NCBI RefSeq assembly: GCF_000009705.1
Contig: NC_003272.1
Coordinates: 5,880,001 to 5,912,000, forward strand
DNA from: Nostoc sp. PCC 7120 = FACHB-418
GTDB taxonomy: Bacteria; Cyanobacteriota; Cyanobacteriia; Cyanobacteriales; Nostocaceae
Reading direction: 5' to 3'
Length of the DNA stretch: 32,000 bases
This document shows, in pieces, positions 25,940-32,000 of the stretch (position 1 is its first letter; every line of letters begins with the position of its first letter). The notes under the pieces were generated by a model, which did not search any database, was not told the DNA's origin, and was given only the letters and a program-made list of their open reading frames with translations. The position numbers were made by a program, and so were the translations under genes.

Positions 25940-26073
25940 GAAGCTTAACCAAGATGTAGAGGTGACTGGAGAAGTAACCGACAGTAATTCTAAGTGTCTC
26001 TGCAATGTTTATTCTTTATCAGCCATGAAAAGTCAGAACCTACAATACAAATAAAGTCATCTACCATCAATTC

Positions 26074-27018
26074 ATGACAGACAATAATGAACGCGCAGAT
26101 TTTGACAGCCCGTGGAAAGAAATACTCGAAGCATATTTCCCCCAAGCCGTGCAATTCTTTTTCCCAGAAACAGCCGCGTTAATTAACTGGGAACGCCCTT
26201 ACGAATTTCTCAACACCGAATTTCAACAAATCGCCCGCGAAGCCGAACAAGGTAAACCCTACGCTGATCAATTAGTCAAAGTTTGGCAAATCCAAGGCGA
26301 AGAAATCTGGTTATTAATCCACGTAGAAATTCAAGCCCAAAAAGAAGATGACTTCAGTAAACGGATGTTCACCTACAACTTTCGCATCTTCGACAGATTT
26401 GAAAAACCAGCCATTAGTTTAGCAATATTATGCGACACCAACCGCCAATGGCGACCCAGTAATTACAGTTACAATTATCCCCAAACTCGCCTAAATTTTG
26501 AATTTGGCATTGTTAAACTGTTAGATTACGAAAATCGCTTTGATGAGTTAGAAAATAACACTAATCCCTTTGCGACAGTCGTGATGGCGCATTTAAAAAC
26601 CCAGCAAACACGCTCATCACCCCAAGAACGCAAAATCTGGAAATTCAGCTTGATTCGCAGATTGTATGATTTAGGCTTACAAGAACAAGATATTCGTAAC
26701 CTCTATCGTTTTATTGATTGGGTTATGATCTTACCAAAAGCCTTAGAAAATCAATTGTGTTCAGAAGTTCAACAATTAGAGCAGGAGCGGACTATGAGAT
26801 ATGTCACCTCAGCAGAGCGCATTGGTTACGAGCGTGGAATCCAAGAAGGAGAATTAGGAATTATTCTAAAGCTACTCAAAAGACGATTAGGTGAACTATC
26901 ACCAGAAATTCAACAACGTATCCAATCTCTTTCTGTAAACCAACTAGAAAATCTGAGTGAAGCCTTATTAGACTTCAGTAACCTAACAGATTTAGTTAAT
27001 TGGTTACAGTCGAATTAA
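26074..27018 (+). CDS. Rpn/YhgA-like PD-(D/E)XK nuclease (putative transposase family) with a C-terminal DUF4351 domain
   Basis: N-terminus DFDSPWKEILEAYFPQAV, nuclease core ADQLVKV...LLIHVEIQAQ (D...E.Q). C-terminus YVTSAERIGYERGIQEGELGIILKLLKRRLGELSPEIQQRIQSLSVNQLENLSEALLDF is DUF4351-like. Confidence 0.85.
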   Translation: MTDNNERADFDSPWKEILEAYFPQAVQFFFPETAALINWERPYEFLNTEFQQIAREAEQGKPYADQLVKVWQIQGEEIWLLIHVEIQAQKEDDFSKRMFTYNFRIFDRFEKPAISLAILCDTNRQWRPSNYSYNYPQTRLNFEFGIVKLLDYENRFDELENNTNPFATVVMAHLKTQQTRSSPQERKIWKFSLIRRLYDLGLQEQDIRNLYRFIDWVMILPKALENQLCSEVQQLEQERTMRYVTSAERIGYERGIQEGELGIILKLLKRRLGELSPEIQQRIQSLSVNQLENLSEALLDFSNLTDLVNWLQSN

Positions 27019-27031
27019 ATATTTATTTCAG

Positions 27032-27083
27032 GTTTGTAGTAAGGACTTTAGTCCTGATTTATCTAAGGAATAAAGTCCTGAAC
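27032..27083. repeat. Second copy of the small dispersed repeat family, 14 nt after the Rpn-like gene
   Basis: GTTTGTAGTAAGGACTTTAGTCCTGA, then TAAGGAATAAAGTCCTGAAC. The first 20 nt match the reverse complement of 11683-11702 at 19 of 20 positions. Confidence 0.5.
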
Positions 27084-27158
27084 TAATAAGCATTCAATTT
27101 ACACAAACTTGCTTACTAATCAATTTAAACTTAATACTATTTAAATTTAAAACATCCT

Positions 27159-28529
27159 ATGCCTGCTCAAATTACCCTTACTATCGTTAAAGGTAAGCTC
27201 TTAGGAAGACAATATACCTTCGATTCCCGCGCCACCTGTATCATGGGTAGAAGTCCAGAAGCAAACATTCAACTACCAGATGATGCAGAACATAAAACCA
27301 TTTCTCGCTATCACTGTTTGTTAGATATAATGCCACCAAATATAAGAATCAGAGACTTTGGTAGCAAAAATGGTACTTATGTAAACGGGCAGAAAATTGG
27401 ACAGAGAGAAGCACATCAAACACCAGAAGAAGGAGCAAAAATAAATTTTCCTGAATACGATTTACAATCTGATGATGAAATTGAATTGGGCAATACTGTA
27501 TTTGCAGTTCATATCGAAGCCGATCCAGCAGAAATAAATATTCCTAACTTTTCTCCTGTAACTATTAACCATAATCAACCACCAACACAACCGCCCAACT
27601 TCTTAGAAATTATCAAACGCTGGTTGGGTTTAGCAGCCAATGGCAATAACCAATTGCTGGCGATTCAGGGGTATAATATCATTAAATTATTGGGTAGAGG
27701 CGGTTTTGGCGAAGTTTATTTAGCACAGCACAATAGTTCAGGTAAATTTATCGCTTTGAAGGTGATGTTACCTGCAATTTCAGGAAATGAAAATGCTGTG
27801 CAGAGGTTTTTACGAGAGACAGAAAATACTAAAGCTTTACACCATCCTCATGTTGTGCAAGTCATTGATTATGGCTTTTTTGAGGGTATTTTCTTCTTCA
27901 CAATGGAGTATTGTGCAGGAGGAACTGTTGCAGATTTAATGCAACAATATGGTGGTAAATTACCTGTTGATATTGCATTACCAATTACTCTGCAAGTTCT
28001 CAACGGTTTGGAATATAGTCACAATGCAGAAATTCCTTATGTGAAATTAAGCGATGGTGGTTTTGGTAAAGGAAGGGGTTTAGTCCACCGTGATTTAAAA
28101 CCGGTTAATATTTTACTTAATTACATTGACGGTAAAATCACCGCCAAAATAGGCGATTATGGTTTAGCTAAAGCTTTTGATTTAGCAGGGTTAAGCGGAC
28201 AAACTCTCACAGGTTCTCAGGCTGGAACACCTGCTTTTATCCCTCGTCAACAGCTACTTAATTTTAAATATACAAAACCAGAAGTTGATGTTTGGGCTAC
28301 TTCTGCCTCTCTCTATAATATGTTAACAGGAGAGTTTCCGCGCAATTTTACAGGCGACCCGTTTTTAGCTGTGTTGCAAAATGATCCTGTACCAATTCTG
28401 CAACGCAATGCAAGTATCCCCAAGAATTTAGCGGAAGTGATTGATTTGGGATTAGTAGAAAAGCCGGAAATTTATTTTAAGAGTGCGGTAGATTTTAAAA
28501 ATTCCCTGTTAGATAGTATAAGGACTTGA
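27159..28529 (+). CDS. FHA-domain Ser/Thr protein kinase
   Basis: FHA: GRSPEANIQLPDD..ISRYHCLLDI...IRDFGSKNGTYVNGQKI. Kinase: GRGGFGEVY, ALKVM, HRDLKPVNILL, DYGLAKAF. An insertion of about 15 aa (AEIPYVKLSDGGFGKGRG) precedes the catalytic loop. Confidence 0.92.
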   Translation: MPAQITLTIVKGKLLGRQYTFDSRATCIMGRSPEANIQLPDDAEHKTISRYHCLLDIMPPNIRIRDFGSKNGTYVNGQKIGQREAHQTPEEGAKINFPEYDLQSDDEIELGNTVFAVHIEADPAEINIPNFSPVTINHNQPPTQPPNFLEIIKRWLGLAANGNNQLLAIQGYNIIKLLGRGGFGEVYLAQHNSSGKFIALKVMLPAISGNENAVQRFLRETENTKALHHPHVVQVIDYGFFEGIFFFTMEYCAGGTVADLMQQYGGKLPVDIALPITLQVLNGLEYSHNAEIPYVKLSDGGFGKGRGLVHRDLKPVNILLNYIDGKITAKIGDYGLAKAFDLAGLSGQTLTGSQAGTPAFIPRQQLLNFKYTKPEVDVWATSASLYNMLTGEFPRNFTGDPFLAVLQNDPVPILQRNASIPKNLAEVIDLGLVEKPEIYFKSAVDFKNSLLDSIRT

Positions 28530-28549
28530 GATTGGTTAAACGCAAAGGG

Positions 28550-28579
28550 GCGCGGAGGTATGCGCGGAGGGGCGCGGAG
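28550..28579. repeat. Three closely spaced copies of GCGCGGAG(G) in the 52-nt gap between convergent genes
   Basis: gcgcggagg at 28550-28558 and 28562-28570, and gcgcggag at 28572-28579. Confidence 0.6.
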
Positions 28580-28581
28580 TT

Positions 28582-30402
28582 TCAATGATAACCTGCTGCC
28601 TGTAATAAAAATAATTTGGCATATAGTCCTTCACGGGCTAACAATTCTTCATGAGTTCCTTGTTCTCTTACTTCCCCATTTTCAATTACTAGGATTTTGT
28701 CTGCCATCCTGACTGTTGAAAAGCGGTGAGATATTAAAAATACCATTTGATTTTGGGTAAGGGCGCGGAAATGATTGAAAATCTCATACTCGGCTTGGGC
28801 ATCTATGGCTGAGGTGGGTTCGTCTAGGACTAAAATGTCTGCTTGAGTCCGCATGAATGCACGGGCTAGGGCGATTTTCTGCCATTGTCCGCCTGATAGT
28901 TCTTGTCCGCTTTTGAACCATTTTCCTAGCTGGGTTTGGAATTGTTGGGGTAAGCGTTCGATAAAACTATGGGCGTTACCTTTTTGGGCGGCTATTTGCC
29001 AACGGGTTGTATCATTGAGGCTGTCTACATCCCCGACACCAATATTTTCGCCGACGGTGAACTGATAGCGGACAAAGTTCTGGAATATTACGCCGATGCG
29101 TTGACGCAGTGCGTCTACATTCCATGATTGCAAATCTACGCCATCTAATAAAATTCTGCCGGAGTCTGGGGTATAGAGTCGGGTGAGGAGTTTAATTAGG
29201 GTGGTCTTTCCAGAACCGTTTTCACCGACAATTGCTAGTTTTTCGCCTGGTTTTAAATGTAGGGAAATGTTTTTTAAGGCGGGTTGAGAACTTCCTGGAT
29301 AGGTAAAGGTGACGTTTTCAAAGCGGATACCGTCTTGGGTATCAATACCTTTTGTGATTTTACCCCAGGGTTGAGTGACTTTTTCTTCTAAGAAATCGTA
29401 GAGGTTGGAGAGATAGAGGTTATCTTCATACATACCACCAATGGAAGTCAGGGCATTAGCAAAGGTAGATTGTCCTTGGCGAAAGACGGTGAGATACATC
29501 GTCATATCACCTAACGAAATTCTCCCGACTACTGCTTCTATGACAATCCAAGCGTAGGCGATGTAAAAGGCTACGGTACTAACTAAACCTAAAAGGTATC
29601 CCCACATTCCCCGACGGATGGTTAAATCGCGGTCTTCGTTGTAGAGTTGGCGAAATACGTTGCGGTAACGTCCTAAAAGCATATCTCCTAGTTGGTAGAG
29701 TTTGACTTCGGTGGCAAAGTCTTCTCTAGCTAAAAGATTTTCTATATAGTGCTGTTGGCGAGTTTCTGGCGCACGCCAACTAAATAGACGGAAAGCTTCC
29801 CCAGCAAAGCGAGTTTCGGCTATGAAGGCGGGCATTGCTGCCACAATTAAGACAATTACTGCCCAAATCGAGAATTTGACTAACAAAAAGCCGAAGGTGA
29901 TGAGAGAAAGGGCATTTTGGACTAAGCCAAAGGTACGGTTAACTAAAGAGAGGGGACGTACTGATGCTTCTCGTCTGGCGTTGGTTAATTTGTCGTAAAA
30001 TTCTGAGTTTTCAAAGTGAGTCAAATCTAAAGTCAGGGCTTTTTTGAGGATTAACACATTGACTCGCTGACCGAGTAACACCCGCAATAGTGACTGACAG
30101 ATAATTAGTCCCCGTTGAGAACCTGCTAACAAAGCTACTGCGATCGCCTCTAAGCCGACATACAATAAAGGTGCATAAATATTCCCTTGTGTATTGCCTT
30201 GGGATGCTAAAACTACGCCATCTACAATTAGTTTACCGAGATAGGCGATCGCCGCAGGTAACAAACCAGCCACTAAAGTTAAAGTAGCCAAAATTATAGT
30301 CATAGTGTGGCTAGTAGTCCACACCAAATTTATCGCCCTGCCACTATAACGGAAAACTGCCAGTGATTGGCGCAGGGGGTTCCGTCGCTTTTTACTCTTC
30401 AT
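28582..30402 (-). CDS. ABC exporter with fused permease and ATPase (MsbA/MdlB-like)
   Basis: Six-TM N-terminal half. Walker A GENGSGKTT, signature LSGGQWQKIALARA, Walker B ILVLDEPTSAID, H-loop ISHR. Confidence 0.93.
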   Translation of the reverse strand: MKSKKRRNPLRQSLAVFRYSGRAINLVWTTSHTMTIILATLTLVAGLLPAAIAYLGKLIVDGVVLASQGNTQGNIYAPLLYVGLEAIAVALLAGSQRGLIICQSLLRVLLGQRVNVLILKKALTLDLTHFENSEFYDKLTNARREASVRPLSLVNRTFGLVQNALSLITFGFLLVKFSIWAVIVLIVAAMPAFIAETRFAGEAFRLFSWRAPETRQQHYIENLLAREDFATEVKLYQLGDMLLGRYRNVFRQLYNEDRDLTIRRGMWGYLLGLVSTVAFYIAYAWIVIEAVVGRISLGDMTMYLTVFRQGQSTFANALTSIGGMYEDNLYLSNLYDFLEEKVTQPWGKITKGIDTQDGIRFENVTFTYPGSSQPALKNISLHLKPGEKLAIVGENGSGKTTLIKLLTRLYTPDSGRILLDGVDLQSWNVDALRQRIGVIFQNFVRYQFTVGENIGVGDVDSLNDTTRWQIAAQKGNAHSFIERLPQQFQTQLGKWFKSGQELSGGQWQKIALARAFMRTQADILVLDEPTSAIDAQAEYEIFNHFRALTQNQMVFLISHRFSTVRMADKILVIENGEVREQGTHEELLAREGLYAKLFLLQAAGYH

Positions 30403-30448
30403 TATTCTTTTTATAGCGCGATCTTACCCCTCTTGAGTGTTCCTACTG

Positions 30449-31639
30449 TTACCCCAACTGACTAAACAAATCGGCTAACACCACATTGGAAAATAAAAAA
30501 CCATCGGGATCACTTAACCGCAACCTATCACCCACAACTTGTACCCAACCTTGAGTAAAATAAGGTTGCAGACATTGATGCAGTTCTTGTATTTTCTCCT
30601 TGCCAAATTCCTCCGTCAGTGCTGCTAAACTCACACCATCAGCCAAGCGTAACCCCAACATTAACGTTTCTAACAATACATCTGCTTTTGGTGTAATTTC
30701 CCAATCAATCACACCGTGATTAGCAATCAACTCTTGCACCCATTGATAATACTCCTTTGTTTTCCGGGGACGGGTAAAGCGTTTACCTTCTACATAGCTC
30801 GCCGCACCCATACCAAAGCCGTAATAAGGGCGGTTTTCCCAATAAACTCGGTTATGTCTACACTGGTGTCCTGGCTTGGCGTAGTTGGAAATTTCGTAAT
30901 GTTCATAATCGCCACCAGTCAAAATCTTCTGACCCATCTGATACATTTTTACCGTGGTTTCATCGGTAGGTAAGGGATTATCCCCAGGTTTGTAATAACG
31001 ACCAAAAGCTGTTCCTGGCTCAATTGTCAAATCATATATAGATATGTGGGTGGGTGCGATGTTAACGGCTGTGTCTAGGGAATCTTGCCATTGATCTAAA
31101 GACTGATGCGGTAAGCCAGAAATTAAGTCTATGCTAAATTCGGGAATCTCGACTTGGTGAATCAAGTCTATAGCTGCAAAAATATCTTTAAGCGAGTGCG
31201 ATCGCCCAGCTACTTTTAACAATTCTTCTTGAAACGCTTGTACACCCAAACTGACCCGATTTACACCAACACTACGATAGCCTTGGATATGTGCTAGATC
31301 AAATGTGCCTGGATCTACCTCCATAGATATTTCTGCGTCAGGCGCAATCCCAAACTGCTTATCTAGCGTTACTAGTATTTGTGCTAATTGCTCTGTAGAT
31401 AACAGCGAAGGCGTACCACCGCCGAAAAATACGGTCTTGAGGGGTTGACCAAAGGCTGGTGTAATGGCGATTTCTTCACAGAGAACATCGACATACCCGG
31501 AGATGGTAACAGATGTTTCACCACGTTGGCGATCGCCAACAACAAATATCGGGAAATCACAATAAAAGCACCGCCTTCTGCAAAAGGGAATATGTACATA
31601 AGCAGAACTAGCGAGGCTAGGAACATTAACTTTTTGCAT
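30449..31639 (-). CDS. hemW: Radical-SAM heme chaperone HemW (oxygen-independent coproporphyrinogen-III-oxidase-like)
   Basis: YVHIPFCRRRCFYCDF (CxxxCxxC), GGGTPS, and a HemN-like C-terminal domain. The ATG at 31639 (MQKVNVPS) is preferred over the track's TTG at 31651. Confidence 0.88.
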   Translation of the reverse strand: MQKVNVPSLASSAYVHIPFCRRRCFYCDFPIFVVGDRQRGETSVTISGYVDVLCEEIAITPAFGQPLKTVFFGGGTPSLLSTEQLAQILVTLDKQFGIAPDAEISMEVDPGTFDLAHIQGYRSVGVNRVSLGVQAFQEELLKVAGRSHSLKDIFAAIDLIHQVEIPEFSIDLISGLPHQSLDQWQDSLDTAVNIAPTHISIYDLTIEPGTAFGRYYKPGDNPLPTDETTVKMYQMGQKILTGGDYEHYEISNYAKPGHQCRHNRVYWENRPYYGFGMGAASYVEGKRFTRPRKTKEYYQWVQELIANHGVIDWEITPKADVLLETLMLGLRLADGVSLAALTEEFGKEKIQELHQCLQPYFTQGWVQVVGDRLRLSDPDGFLFSNVVLADLFSQLG

Positions 31640-31891
31640 ATTTGTGAACAAGAATAAACTTAATTAACGGAAAATTAGAAATAATGAAAATAAATAGTTT
31701 ATTTACAGGTTTCTATCGTTTTTTGACGTAACTATGACAAATCTTAAGCGGAGTGACTTTGGTTATAATGTTTGCAGATATTGCCTGCATAAAAACCCTA
31801 GTCTGAGTCAATATAATTAGTCTCTCTTACCGATGAAATTAAAAATACTTGACTTTATCGGGTAAAACAGTCGCAGGAAAACAGCAAAATC

Positions 31892-32000
31892 ATGCTTGAT
31901 GCCATTATTATTTTTTCATTCATCCTGGCAGCAGCAGGAATCGGGTTCTATAGCACCGAACTACTACCCAATGGTACGTTAGACCGGGTAACGAACCTCG
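31892..32000 (+). CDS. 5' end of a membrane protein (possibly a YacL-like PIN/TRAM-domain protein); continues beyond the window
   Basis: The ATG at 31892 opens MLDAIIIFSFILAAAGIGFYSTELLPNGTLDRVTNL with no stop before the window edge. The family guess comes from memory of similar N-termini. Confidence 0.4.
   Translation, partial: MLDAIIIFSFILAAAGIGFYSTELLPNGTLDRVTNL

Noticed and set aside
30716-31657. ORFs 30716..30973 (+), 31384..31626 (-) and 31445..31657 (+) within hemW
   Set aside because: These are antisense or alternative frames of a gene with a clear radical-SAM signature. There is no independent support.

Overview
This 32-kb window is a chromosomal segment of a filamentous, heterocyst-forming cyanobacterium of the Nostoc/Anabaena type. 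HIP1 octamers (GCGATCGC) are scattered through genes and spacers, and the spacers carry STRR-like heptamer runs and small dispersed palindromic repeats. I support about 27 protein-coding genes and found no rRNA, tRNA, CRISPR array or complete IS element.

Layout:
- 1-2.1 kb: an HTH-NACHT STAND NTPase. It is missing from the ORF track because it runs off the window, and it carries a 1-nt frameshift 11 codons in.
- 2.3-19.2 kb: mostly housekeeping genes (dnaX, a membrane GT2 glycosyltransferase that is probably mgdA, an M20D amidohydrolase, ftsH, an AI-2E permease, queG, a HAD hydrolase). These are interrupted by a repeat-rich PEP-CTERM/DUF4114 surface protein and by the split orange-carotenoid-protein pair HCP + CTDH.
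- The order GT2, M20, PEP-CTERM, ftsH, small ORF, permease, hypothetical, CTDH, HCP matches what I remember of all4933-all4941 in Nostoc sp. PCC 7120. This is memory only, not a search.
- 19.3-28.5 kb: looks accessory. Two outward-facing genes with DUF4351-type C-termini bracket a methyltransferase + purple-acid-phosphatase-like operon, a Ser/Thr kinase-GUN4 fusion, a lone RAYT-type Y1 transposase and a PIN toxin-antitoxin pair. An FHA-Ser/Thr kinase follows.
- 28.6-32 kb: an ABC exporter, hemW and the start of a membrane protein.

I cannot name one unambiguous novel system. The best candidates, all resting on inference, are:
1. The Rpn-like nuclease gene, which has a strong internal SD+ATG just before its DUF4351 domain (possible intragenic antitoxin), within the RAYT / PIN-TA / kinase islet.
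2. The frameshifted HTH-NACHT gene.
3. The PEP-CTERM protein with two nested 42-bp repeat arrays.
4. The translationally coupled methyltransferase-phosphoesterase pair, transcribed divergently from the kinase-GUN4 gene.
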